Below, in pieces: positions 9,261 through 18,516 of a stretch of DNA of 64,000 nucleotides (the stretch's first letter is position 1; the number at the start of each line of letters is the position of its first letter). The notes beneath the pieces were generated by a model. It did not search any database and had not been told where the DNA came from. It worked only from the letters and a program-made list of their open reading frames with translations. Position numbers and translations under genes: made by a program. The stretch comes from a virus: IMG/VR virus record IMGVR_UViG_3300037486_000582, positions 44,578 through 108,577 of that record; one strand, 5' to 3'.

Positions 9261-10847
9261 TCATCCGATGGCGCGAACTCCAGACGACGACGATGAAGAC
9301 GCCCGCCGGCCGGTGTCGCGACGGAGTTTCCGCTCGTACATGCGCGCCGCTTCCCGCGCGATCCAGGAGGCCATGAGCCGGTCGCCGGTGTGACCTTGCG
9401 GGTCGTAGGCCAGCATGTCGTCGATCCAGTCGGCGACGCCCCTGGCGACGCGCCGGGAACCGACTTCGCAGGGGATGAGCCACCGGGAAGCCGCCATCTC
9501 CGCGGCGAGGCTCTCGACGCCGTACTCCGGGGACAGCTTGTTGCGGCCCGTGGTGAAAGCGCGGACGCGCATCCCAGGAGCGCGTTCCCTGACCCACTGG
9601 ACGAGGAAGTCCTGAGCAGCGTTGTTCTCCACGACGACCGTCGAGCGGAAGCGTTCGTTCACCGAGACGACCCGGTCGATGATCTCCGGGCCGCTCCACC
9701 GCCCCGCCTGAACCTCCAGCACTTGGCGCATCCCATTTGGCCAGAGCAGCAGCGTGAACAAGGCGCTCTTGCCGGACCCCGGCCGTGCGCTGATCGCGAG
9801 GTCGACGCCGGTGATGGTCATGAAGCCGGCCGGCATCCCGCCCATCTCGAGCAACTCCTCCGTCAGACTCATCTCGGCGGCGAACTCGGGGTCGCGCTCC
9901 GCGATGTCTTGCAGACTGCTGTACGTCGCGAACCCTTCGCCGAGCGCCAGGCACTGCTCGATCCACGACCGCTGGAACCGCGCGGTGCTCTCGTCGCGCG
10001 GCTGGCAGAGCATCTGACGAGAGAACTCGATCGGCCCGAGCACCTGGGTTCGGACGTGCTCGATCCGGTCCAGCGGCCACCGCTCCGGCCAGGCCAGCTT
10101 GCCGTCCTGGTCCAAGACGGGAAACCGCATCGAGTGCCACCCCTGGCGCTCCAAGTTGTGGGCCATGTCCTTCGGGTGCCAAGCGTTCGTCAGGAGGCAG
10201 ACCCACGCACCCTTCGCGAGCCGCGGGAAGGCGGAAGCGCGAATCCACTCCTCGATCTTGTCCCGCTGGTAGTTGGTGCGTGTGTTGTTCTCGGTCAGGA
10301 CGTCGTCGATGATGAGCCCGTCGAGCCGCGCGCCCTGGATGGTTCCTCCCTCCGGCGAGTAGGCTTGCAGGGACGGGTCCTTGATGCCGCCCGGACGCTC
10401 CACTTCCAACGAAACGTCGGTCCAGAGCGTGCCGCGACGAAGGTCTGGGAAGACCTGGTGGAGTATCTGGTTCTCGATGATGTGCTGCTGCGCGGTGCGG
10501 ATGATCTTCTTTGCCTGGCTCTGCGTCGCGGACAGAACTGCGTACCGCCGACGCTGGTCCTTCCCGAGCAGCCAGAGGACGCGGGCGATGGCGAGCTGCT
10601 GTGTCTTTCCGCTCTCGGGGAACGCCCAGATGACCACGTTGCGGTAGCGCTCGATGGCGTAGTGCCAGGCTGCCTGGAAGGGCTTCACCTGGATGTGGTT
10701 CCCCGTCTCCTCGTCCCGGAGGACCATCTCGCAGAACGCGGGACAGTCCCGCCGCGCCAGACGGAGCATCGCCGCCCACGCAAGCTGCGCCTGCTCACCG
10801 ATACCATCCGTCGGCGCGTCGCGCGCCACGCCCGTTCCAATGCCCAT
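9261..10847 (-). CDS. terL: terminase large subunit
   Basis: Walker A AFPESGKT, Walker B GARLDGLIIDD, RNase H-like TGVDLAIS ... TGDRLMASW; upstream of portal. Confidence 0.9.
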   Translation of the reverse strand: MGIGTGVARDAPTDGIGEQAQLAWAAMLRLARRDCPAFCEMVLRDEETGNHIQVKPFQAAWHYAIERYRNVVIWAFPESGKTQQLAIARVLWLLGKDQRRRYAVLSATQSQAKKIIRTAQQHIIENQILHQVFPDLRRGTLWTDVSLEVERPGGIKDPSLQAYSPEGGTIQGARLDGLIIDDVLTENNTRTNYQRDKIEEWIRASAFPRLAKGAWVCLLTNAWHPKDMAHNLERQGWHSMRFPVLDQDGKLAWPERWPLDRIEHVRTQVLGPIEFSRQMLCQPRDESTARFQRSWIEQCLALGEGFATYSSLQDIAERDPEFAAEMSLTEELLEMGGMPAGFMTITGVDLAISARPGSGKSALFTLLLWPNGMRQVLEVQAGRWSGPEIIDRVVSVNERFRSTVVVENNAAQDFLVQWVRERAPGMRVRAFTTGRNKLSPEYGVESLAAEMAASRWLIPCEVGSRRVARGVADWIDDMLAYDPQGHTGDRLMASWIAREAARMYERKLRRDTGRRASSSSSSGVRAIG

Positions 10848-10924
10848 CGGCCCAAGCATACCGCACTGTGACGCGCGCCGCGACCGCAACGGAAGCGGCG
10901 GACGAGCAACGTCCTACAGCCTCC

Positions 10925-11052
10925 GATAAATCGTCCGGGGGATCACACACTATAATCCACTGGCATTATTGGAGAAACACGGACGTCCTCCAGTAATCGT
11001 CCTGGGATGTCTTGCAGGATACCGCCGGGTTTCCTATAAAGGGTGGTGGAGG
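10925..11052 (+). promoter_or_regulatory. early promoter cassette copy A (TTGCAG-17-TATAAA, two upstream AATCGTCC boxes, GGAGG RBS)
   Basis: -35 at 11012-11017, -10 at 11035-11040; homologous to copies at 16.4, 19.1 and 21.9 kb. Confidence 0.8.
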
Positions 11053-11059
11053 CGACGCG

Positions 11060-11461
11060 ATGGGAAAGAAAGACGGGACGCGGGTAGCGAGAGTGGTCGA
11101 CGCGGGGCACCCGTTGCACGGCCAGCGGTTCGTGGTCCAGCAGTGGAACAACGGTGCCTGGTACTGCTGGGGCCAGGTAACGTCGTTCAAGAACGGCCAC
11201 CGCCGCCACGAGGGGTCCTGGCGTTTCCAGGAGGCGCAGGTCGAAGTCGTCGAGGTCGCGGACTCGGGCGTGGCGCTCTCGATGTCCCTGTTCGAGCAGT
11301 GCCGCCAAGACCTCCGCCGCCGCGGCGCGATGATCTACCGGAACACGATCGTGAAGCCGCCGCACAGCGAGCGGTTTGTGAAGATGGCGCGGGAGCTTGG
11401 AATGGCTCTCGAGTCCCTGACGACCGATGACGAGCGAACCATAAACGAGATGCTGGAGTAG
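11060..11461 (+). CDS. hypothetical early protein
   Basis: ATG 11060 after GGAGG of promoter cassette A. Confidence 0.7.
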   Translation: MGKKDGTRVARVVDAGHPLHGQRFVVQQWNNGAWYCWGQVTSFKNGHRRHEGSWRFQEAQVEVVEVADSGVALSMSLFEQCRQDLRRRGAMIYRNTIVKPPHSERFVKMARELGMALESLTTDDERTINEMLE

Positions 11462-11470
11462 GAGACGAAC

Positions 11471-12349
11471 ATGACGAAGGCGAACGAGAACACGAAGGCG
11501 ATCAAGGTCACGGCGAAGGAGCTCGCGATCCTTCAGGGCATCGTGAGGAGCGAGTTCCAAGACTTCGGGGCCGGCGGCCCCGTCGGCCAGTACGTCTGGT
11601 CATGGAGTGCGACGTCGAACGCGGGCGATGCGATCAAGAGCCAGCGCAGCGCGGGCGGTGTTGTGGCATCCCTGGTCAAGAAGGGTCTCGCGACCCAGAT
11701 GGACGAAGGTCGGGACGCGTGCCTCGCGGTGACCGCGCTCGGCTTTGCCGCCTACCAGGCCAACCTCGCGGTGACCGAGCCCGCCCCGGTTGCCGAGCCC
11801 GCCCCGGTTGCCGAGCCCGCCCCGGTTGCCGAGCCCACCGCCGAGGAGCTGGACGTGATCCGCCGCGCCGTCGAGGACCTCGCCCTGGATGAGCCCGGCA
11901 CGAGCCCCGTCGACGTCCCGCTGTATGCGACGATGACCAGCGCGCTCGCGGCGTCCCTGGCCACGAAGGGCTTGGCCGTCGTGACCGAGGTGCGCGCCCG
12001 GGACGCCTTCATGGCGATTACCCAGCGCGGGTACGACGCCGTCGCGGCGACGGTGCGCGTTGCCGCCGCGGTCCCCGCCGAGGAGCCGGCCCCGGTCGAG
12101 GTCAAGAGCTATGCCGAGCGCCTGGCCGCGATCCTCGGGGCCGGCTGCGCCGTGAACACGAACGGTACCCTTCGCGTCGGCGACGCCGCGCTCGCCAAGC
12201 TCGAGGAGCTTCTGCCCGGTCACGACTACGCGACCAACTTCCCAGAGAGCGGGCTCCTGGAGACCGGGATCAAGATCAACAAGAACAGCATCACCGTCTA
12301 CCCGATCCGGATCGGAACCTTCCTCGTCGCGCTCGGGGACCTCTGCTGA
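11471..12349 (+). CDS. hypothetical early protein (possible wHTH-like repeats; C-terminal domain shared with 18517..19110)
   Basis: AGGAG RBS; AEPAPV tandem linker; AVNTNGTLRVG.AALA.L motif. Confidence 0.7.
   Translation: MTKANENTKAIKVTAKELAILQGIVRSEFQDFGAGGPVGQYVWSWSATSNAGDAIKSQRSAGGVVASLVKKGLATQMDEGRDACLAVTALGFAAYQANLAVTEPAPVAEPAPVAEPAPVAEPTAEELDVIRRAVEDLALDEPGTSPVDVPLYATMTSALAASLATKGLAVVTEVRARDAFMAITQRGYDAVAATVRVAAAVPAEEPAPVEVKSYAERLAAILGAGCAVNTNGTLRVGDAALAKLEELLPGHDYATNFPESGLLETGIKINKNSITVYPIRIGTFLVALGDLC
11775..11836 (+). repeat. 18-bp coding tandem repeat x3 (AEPAPV linker)
   Basis: CCGAGCCCGCCCCGGTTG repeated. Confidence 0.85.
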
Positions 12350-12631
12350 CCGGCCGCGGCGCTCCTCCCTTTCGCCTCCCAGACCACACCCAGACGCCCC
12401 GCCGCCCGACCCGGGCCGGCGTCCGTCACGCCGACCGAGATGAGCACGGCTGCCGCCCCCAGCGCCGAGCACGACCAACCAGGTCTAGTCGGGGTCGTCC
12501 GCCCCCAGCCTCGGAGCGACATGGCCGCACCAGGCGACCTTGGCGCTGGGGGCCACCGCCCTAGCTCGAGCCGGCCAGTATCGCTTGGCGTGGCCAAGCT
12601 GCTCCGGTGCGGACGAGTCGCGTCGGCGGCC

Positions 12632-13651
12632 CTACTGCCACCCGAGGGCTTGGACCAGAAGGGGTGCCACGACCGCCGGCGAGTGCGCAGCCAGCGTGCG
12701 CCCCGCCCCGTCGGCGAGCACGGCCGTGTCGGAGGCAGAAGGCGGCGAGGACAGGAGCCGGGCGAGCGCCTCCGACGACCCGACCGAAAGGCAGTTGACG
12801 CCCGGGGCAAGCTCGCCACCCGGGCGCAGCCAGCCGTCGTGTACGACCAGAGCCGCGCCCGCGTCCCAGGCCTCAAAGAACGTGTACTGCGTCCCTCCGC
12901 CGTCGTCTCGGATGGTGCTCATGTCGACGACGTACTCGGCCTGCCCCGCGATGAGAAGGGGAGCGTCGGCCGTCTTCGGAAACCGCCCGCGGTAGTACCG
13001 CGCCTCCCAGCCCGGGCAAGCCTTCTCGAGCTTGTGGAAGGCGTACAGCCTGTTGACTGCGCCGTAGATGTGGCAGCGGCCGCGGTCGCCCGGCGGCAGC
13101 GCGTCGAAGGCTGGGACGACAAGGTGCGTCCCCTTGTCGAAGTCGACCCTGGACAGGGTAACCGCCCGCTCGGACCGCGGGTGCTGGCTGCTCACCGCCC
13201 GGCGGACGTAGGGGTGTGGAACGAAGGTAACCCGACTGACACCTCGGCGCCGGACGTTCTCCACGTTCGTCGGCCGGATGACCACGACGCGGCGGCGGTG
13301 CCGCTCGATGCACTCCATGAGCGGCGGGGTCATCTCGGTCGGGTCGTGGAGGATGATGTCGGCCCCGGCACGGAGCAGCGCCTCCGTTGCCTCGGCGTGC
13401 GTCCGCCAGTACGAACAGGTGATGAGTCCCTGTCCCGCCGCCTTCAGGTCGCGGAGCATCGTGTCGAGCGACGTGGAGAAGGCACGGACGCCGTGACTCC
13501 ACGGCTTGTCGCCTCGCGCGTCCCGCTTGGCGAGTCGGTAGAGCATGGGGCAGTGGCCGGTGCGCTCGAGCGCAAGGGCAAGGTGGGCCGTGTAGGACAC
13601 GAAGCCGCCGAACGCCACGTCGGTCAGGTAGAACAGGGGCGCGACCGTCAC
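12632..13651 (-). CDS. glycosyltransferase (GT-B, family 4-like)
   Basis: GG..Y..HL N-terminus, ILHDP, LSRVDFDKG, DGGGTQYTFFEAWDAG(A/C) motifs. Confidence 0.7.
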   Translation of the reverse strand: MTVAPLFYLTDVAFGGFVSYTAHLALALERTGHCPMLYRLAKRDARGDKPWSHGVRAFSTSLDTMLRDLKAAGQGLITCSYWRTHAEATEALLRAGADIILHDPTEMTPPLMECIERHRRRVVVIRPTNVENVRRRGVSRVTFVPHPYVRRAVSSQHPRSERAVTLSRVDFDKGTHLVVPAFDALPPGDRGRCHIYGAVNRLYAFHKLEKACPGWEARYYRGRFPKTADAPLLIAGQAEYVVDMSTIRDDGGGTQYTFFEAWDAGAALVVHDGWLRPGGELAPGVNCLSVGSSEALARLLSSPPSASDTAVLADGAGRTLAAHSPAVVAPLLVQALGWQ

Positions 13652-13662
13652 GGAACCCTCCC

Positions 13663-14934
13663 CTACGCCCGCTCGGCGTTCCAGTAGTAGATCAAGTCGC
13701 CGTTCTCGTCCTTGCCCTCCGGCCGGATGACGCCTTCGAAGTAGCGGTATGGGGAGCGCCCGCGGTTCGGATTGTTCCAGAGCCAGTGCAGGAGGTCGTA
13801 CATGGACTGGTGCCAGATCTTCGACGCGCCTTCCACCGTGCCCCAGTTGAGGACGCGGGCGCGGATGTTCTTGAGCAGCCTCAAGTCCTTCTCGAAGTCG
13901 CTCCAACGGACTGAGCCGTTTCTGCGAGCCAGGACGAGCGCCTCGGTGAACTGGCCTCGGCTGTAGTTCCAGGTCGGGGGCAACCCGCAGCAGGAGCCGT
14001 TCGCGCAGCGCTCCTTGAAGTGGGCGTCCGAGACGTAGAAGCGCAAGCCGACCTCCTTGCACAGCTCCTCCATCCGGTCGATGACGGGCCGCTTCACGTT
14101 CCGGTTGAGCCGCATGTAACCGCGCATCGCCGAGTACCGCTTGTAGAAGGCGTACAGGTCGAAGCCGGCGAGCTTCGACATCTCGTGGAAGTGGAGCCGC
14201 CCGCCCGGGCTGCGCTCCTCCATGCAGAAGTACTCGGTGCTGAGCGCCGTCGCCCCGGCACTGGCCGCGTCACGGATGAGTTGCTCGTAGGTCGCGTCGC
14301 TGATCCCAGGGATGAAGGGGCGTAGCCGAAGGGTCACGCCACCCTTGTTCAGCTTGGCGTACTTCTCCATCGCCCGGAGGCGCTCCATTGGGCTCGGCAC
14401 ACCCTTCTCGACCTTCCGGGCGAGTTCCTGGTCGCCCGTGACGATCGAGATCTTCATGTTCCAGTTGTCCTGACCTCGGAAGATGTCCGTGTACCGCTCG
14501 TCGTCGAGCCACCAGGTCCCCTTCGTGCTGAAGCAGATGGGGTAGTCGAGGTCGCGCCAGAACCGGAGCAGCTCCAACCCAACGCCGTACCGCTTCTCGA
14601 ACGGGCAGAACGGGTCGGACAACCCGCCCCACTGAAGGACCTTCCGCGCCCGGATGAAGTCGGTGAAGCGATGGTCCGTGGTCGGGTCGAGCCACAGCCG
14701 CATGACCCGGTCGACGTTGACGGGGACGGCCTCGTGGCTCCAATACTTGTCCTTGCACTTCCCGACCCCGCGGGAGAACTGCGAGAAGCAGTACAGGCAG
14801 AAGTACCCGCACACGCTGTACTGGTCGAAGGTGACCGGCATCGAGCAGTCGGCGACCTCCGCGGAGCAGCGCGGCGAATCGTAGAACCGCTGAAGCCGTG
14901 CCTTCGGCCGGCCGTCACTCGTTTCCGCTGCCAT
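13663..14934 (-). CDS. radical SAM enzyme (SplB/spore-photoproduct-lyase-like clade)
   Basis: DQYSVCGYFCLYCFS (CxxxCxxC), GGLSDPF, STKG, EKGVPSPMERL, RLRPFIPG. Confidence 0.85.
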   Translation of the reverse strand: MAAETSDGRPKARLQRFYDSPRCSAEVADCSMPVTFDQYSVCGYFCLYCFSQFSRGVGKCKDKYWSHEAVPVNVDRVMRLWLDPTTDHRFTDFIRARKVLQWGGLSDPFCPFEKRYGVGLELLRFWRDLDYPICFSTKGTWWLDDERYTDIFRGQDNWNMKISIVTGDQELARKVEKGVPSPMERLRAMEKYAKLNKGGVTLRLRPFIPGISDATYEQLIRDAASAGATALSTEYFCMEERSPGGRLHFHEMSKLAGFDLYAFYKRYSAMRGYMRLNRNVKRPVIDRMEELCKEVGLRFYVSDAHFKERCANGSCCGLPPTWNYSRGQFTEALVLARRNGSVRWSDFEKDLRLLKNIRARVLNWGTVEGASKIWHQSMYDLLHWLWNNPNRGRSPYRYFEGVIRPEGKDENGDLIYYWNAERA

Positions 14935-15676
14935 GCTGCGTCCCAGCGCCACGCCCGGCGACCTCGTCGGCCATCCGCTGAAGCTCCTGCACAGGGTAGA
15001 TGATGCGGTTCGTGCGGAAGGGCACGCCGAAGCACCTCTCCAGCCACGTCCGCTCCGCCTCGCCCTTGAAGACGATGATGAGCCGTTCGCTCTGGAGTGA
15101 GTCGTCCTCGGCATCGAGCGGCGGAAGCGGGTCCGGGCGGAGCCCGGAGTCCTGCGTCCGAGACAGCCGACCATAGTCGATGCCTCCGGGCGCGTTGGGC
15201 TGGTCGGGCACCTGGAAGGTGACCGGGGCGAGCAACTCGTCGATGTTCAGGTCCGGGATGCGGGTGCTCTCGATGATCGCCTGGACCTCGTCCTCGCTCA
15301 TCCCCATCCCGCTGAAGAACGTGGTCTCGGGGTTCCAGTCGGCATAGCGGCTGTTGAGCTGGAGCAGCTTCGCGGCTGCGTCTTGACGGTCCTTCGCCCG
15401 GACCTCGACGTAGACGATGGGCGGGATGGTCCAGCCTTCCTGCTCCAGCGACCGCAGCGCGGCACACGTCTGGTGTCCGTCGAGGATCAGCGGCGAGCCC
15501 TCCTCGTCGCGCCACACGAACTTCGGCACGAACTGGCCGTAGCTCGTGAGACTGGACTTCAGCTTGGCGAGCGCCTCCTCGTCCAGCGGCTTCTTCAGGT
15601 CGCCCTGGAAGTCGCGGAGTTCCGTGTACGGAATGGTCGGTAGGCTGTGTGGGTTGTCGATCTGCAGCGTAGGCAT
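14915..15676 (-). CDS. ParB/Srx N-terminal domain protein
   Basis: LKSSLTSYGQFVP ... ILDGHQT ... LQLNSRY. Confidence 0.75.
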   Translation of the reverse strand: MPTLQIDNPHSLPTIPYTELRDFQGDLKKPLDEEALAKLKSSLTSYGQFVPKFVWRDEEGSPLILDGHQTCAALRSLEQEGWTIPPIVYVEVRAKDRQDAAAKLLQLNSRYADWNPETTFFSGMGMSEDEVQAIIESTRIPDLNIDELLAPVTFQVPDQPNAPGGIDYGRLSRTQDSGLRPDPLPPLDAEDDSLQSERLIIVFKGEAERTWLERCFGVPFRTNRIIYPVQELQRMADEVAGRGAGTQHGSGNE

Positions 15677-15755
15677 GGGCTCTGTTCCTTCCCCTTATCC
15701 GCCCTCGCGGGCGGGAACGGGGTTCATCATAGAACAGGAAGCGCGGGCGGGGAAG

Positions 15756-16019
15756 CTAGGCGGTGAAGGTCTGGAAGGAGCAGGCGGGGCGGCTGGAGTC
15801 GACGCGGAAGCCTTCCGCGCCGTACTGCGCGCACTGCCACCACCCGGTCAGTGCCGAGTTGCGGCGAAGCGAAGCGCCGCACTGAGGGCAGCACCCAGTC
15901 GCCACGACCGTCTGAGCCTCGGCCTGGAGCCGGGCGATGTACGCGGCGTGGCACTTGTTGCAGCGAGTCGCGTACCGGCTCATCACACGTCCACAGGCAC
16001 AACGATTCCTGGTTGCCAT
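15756..16019 (-). CDS. small Cys-rich Zn-finger protein
   Basis: CACG, CNKC, CPQCG; GAGGAGG RBS. Confidence 0.65.
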   Translation of the reverse strand: MATRNRCACGRVMSRYATRCNKCHAAYIARLQAEAQTVVATGCCPQCGASLRRNSALTGWWQCAQYGAEGFRVDSSRPACSFQTFTA

Positions 16020-16020
16020 C

Positions 16021-16431
16021 TCAGACCTCCTCGTCCATTCCCTGTTCGCGCTTCTGCTCGTCGGTCATCGCCGCCGCGCCGCAGGCGCAGCAGACCTCGC
16101 CGTCCCACCAGCGTTCGCAGTGCGTATCGCCCGGCCGGGCAGGGCACCGCTCCTCGGGCTCCCACGCGCTGTCCGGGTCGTCGTCCGCGGCCGCCGCCGC
16201 GTCAGCCTCGGCGGCGGTCTTCTGGGCGTGCGGCCCGTCGGCCTCGAGCGGCAGGCAGTCGGTGAAGAGGGCGAGCAGATCGCCGCTGACGACCAGGTGG
16301 CCGTCGGCGTCCACGCTCGCGTCGCGGTCCAACTCGGCAATGTCGGCGGGAGCGTCGGTGTCGCATCCGACGATCTCTGCCACGCATGCGATCTCCCTCG
16401 GGTCCGTCACGGTCAGCTCGTTTCGCGTCAT
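16021..16431 (-). CDS. hypothetical early protein
   Basis: ATG 16431 directly behind promoter cassette B. Confidence 0.65.
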   Translation of the reverse strand: MTRNELTVTDPREIACVAEIVGCDTDAPADIAELDRDASVDADGHLVVSGDLLALFTDCLPLEADGPHAQKTAAEADAAAAADDDPDSAWEPEERCPARPGDTHCERWWDGEVCCACGAAAMTDEQKREQGMDEEV

Positions 16432-16435
16432 CTTC

Positions 16436-16565
16436 AGCCTCCACCACCCTTTATAGGAAACCCGCGGGTTTCCCACAACACATCCCGGGACGATTATCTG
16501 GAGGCTTGCCAGTTCGCCCTGTGTTTCCGCAGGATTATTAGGAGTGATCCCCCGGACGATTTCTG
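16436..16565 (-). promoter_or_regulatory. early promoter cassette copy B (TTGTGG-17-TATAAA)
   Basis: -10 at 16450-16455, -35 at 16473-16478; spacer contains palindrome GGAAACCCGCGGGTTTCC. Confidence 0.8.
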
Positions 16566-16598
16566 GATGCGCACCGGAGCCGCGCGACGTGGAGGAAG

Positions 16599-17951
16599 TC
16601 AGACGGTGGGGAGCGGGGTCACGGCCACGTCCTCGACGATGACCGCCTGAAGCTCGCGGCGCGATCCCGCCGTGAAGCACCGCCCGTCAGACAGCGTGGC
16701 GGAGAAGGCGCCGTCGTTCAGCGCCCAGGAGCCGATGACCGCCTTCGTGGCGTCGTCGGTGACGTCTCCGTCGCGGGACAGGATGGCCCAGAACCCAGCC
16801 GGCTTCGACGACGTGCCGCGGGTCAGCTTCTCACCGTCCCGGACGTTGAGCCCGAGCAGCCGCGCCAGCGCAGCCAGCGCCGGACCGGTCACGTTCACGC
16901 TGACGACACCGGCCGTCGCGCCGGTGCCGAGCGCCCCGGCGACCGCGGCGAGCAACGCGGCGGTGTCGACCAGGCCACCCATCGGGTTCAGGATGACGAC
17001 GGCGCCGTCGCGCGCCAGCTCGCCGGAGGCGTTCATGGCGGCGACGATCTGCTCGAACCCAGCCCGCTGGACCTTGGAAGCCACACCAACGAGCCGCGCG
17101 AGCTCCGAGCCCGGCCGGCCCCGGCCGTCCGCGAGAACGAGAGCCATCCTGTCGCAGACGCCTGCGCTGCGGAGGGCTGCCGCTGCAGCCGAGGCCTCGG
17201 CCGGAGCGACGCCGTTCGTCGCGGGCTCCGGCGCCTTCTTCGGCTTGGCCGCGGGCGCGGCGACGGGTTCGGCCTTCGGGGTCCGCGCCTTCCCGGTCCG
17301 GCGCTTCGCGACCGTGGCGCCCAGGGTGGCCTGGACGGCGGGCGGCTCGTCCGCCTCGAGCGCGATGGGCTGGCCGGCCTCCTCGCGCATGAACGAGAGC
17401 GCCTCGGGCGAAGGGGCGTCCGCCGCGGGCTTGCCGCACCGGATGCAGAAGCCGTCCGCGTCCCGGTTGTGGCTCTGGTCGTCGCAGAAGGCGCAGAGGT
17501 CGATGGCGGGCGGCTCGGTGGCGACGGGCACCAGCACGCCGGCGTGCTCGGCCTTCTGTGCGGCGGTCGTGACCACGAGCGCCCAGCTCACGCGAGGGAC
17601 GCGCGTCGCGCGGGCGACGAGCCCTTCGGCCTCCATCTGCTCGAGCGCGTAGCGGATGCGATGCCCGGGAACAGCTGCCATGAGCGACTCCCCGGCGGTG
17701 TGGGCCACGGTCGCGGTCGGCATCGGGGCTTCGGCCCGGCTCAGCACGACGGCGATGGCGTTGCGGATCGCGGTGGTGTCGATCTTCTGGGTTCCCTGCG
17801 TCATGGTCCTAGCCTCCCTCTCGCAACCGCCCGTGGCGGCCAGCTCGGCGGCGGTCCCGTCGCCGCCAGTTGCCTCATTGAGCGAAGCCGCGACCATCGC
17901 AGCCTCGTTGCTCTCGAACTCGGTCCCTGTCCCGAAGCGGCTCACGGTCAC
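16599..17951 (-). CDS. hypothetical protein with probable HTH/wHTH domains (alternative start 17804)
   Basis: IRYALEQMEAEGLV wHTH-like segment, CAFC...CIRC; GTGA overlap at 17951, GGAGG before 17804. Confidence 0.6.
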   Translation of the reverse strand: MTVSRFGTGTEFESNEAAMVAASLNEATGGDGTAAELAATGGCEREARTMTQGTQKIDTTAIRNAIAVVLSRAEAPMPTATVAHTAGESLMAAVPGHRIRYALEQMEAEGLVARATRVPRVSWALVVTTAAQKAEHAGVLVPVATEPPAIDLCAFCDDQSHNRDADGFCIRCGKPAADAPSPEALSFMREEAGQPIALEADEPPAVQATLGATVAKRRTGKARTPKAEPVAAPAAKPKKAPEPATNGVAPAEASAAAAALRSAGVCDRMALVLADGRGRPGSELARLVGVASKVQRAGFEQIVAAMNASGELARDGAVVILNPMGGLVDTAALLAAVAGALGTGATAGVVSVNVTGPALAALARLLGLNVRDGEKLTRGTSSKPAGFWAILSRDGDVTDDATKAVIGSWALNDGAFSATLSDGRCFTAGSRRELQAVIVEDVAVTPLPTV

Positions 17952-18487
17952 TTCCCCGCCCCGACGATGGCGCGGATCGCCGCGAGAATCGCGGTCGCCT
18001 GCCACTCCTCCACGTCCATGTCGACCAGGACGGCGAGCTGGCCGGTGCCCTTCCGCGCGACCGCCCGGGCTGTCGAGGTCGCGGACGCCGTCTCGTTGAT
18101 CCGCGCCGCGACCTGGAGCCCCGCCGCCTCGCGGCCGTCGCGCTCGGCCCGCCTCCGCGCCGCGGCCAGCTCGGCCCGGGCGTAGGCGCCGATCGCTTCG
18201 ACGATCTTCGCGACGTTGAGCCCGGTCTTGCCCTCGGGGAACTGCCGGACGTCCCCGTGAGCGCCCAGCTTCGCGCGGACCTTGCCGTTGGGGCTGGAGT
18301 AGAGCGCCCCGCCCGAGTACTCCAGGCCGACCTCGAACGGGACGCGCTGGCCGTTCACGACCAGGTACAGTCCCTTGTCCTCGACGCTCGCCTCCGCCGC
18401 CGTGAGCGCCGCGACGATCTCGGCCCGTGCCGCCGCCGCCTTCGCCAGCCCCGCCTCGGTCCTCTGCTGCCTCGTGATGGTGTTCAT
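17948..18487 (-). CDS. hypothetical protein
   Basis: AGGAGG RBS before ATG 18487. Confidence 0.65.
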   Translation of the reverse strand: MNTITRQQRTEAGLAKAAAARAEIVAALTAAEASVEDKGLYLVVNGQRVPFEVGLEYSGGALYSSPNGKVRAKLGAHGDVRQFPEGKTGLNVAKIVEAIGAYARAELAAARRRAERDGREAAGLQVAARINETASATSTARAVARKGTGQLAVLVDMDVEEWQATAILAAIRAIVGAGK

Positions 18488-18516
18488 GGTGTCCTCCTGT
18501 TCCTCTCTTGCCTTGC

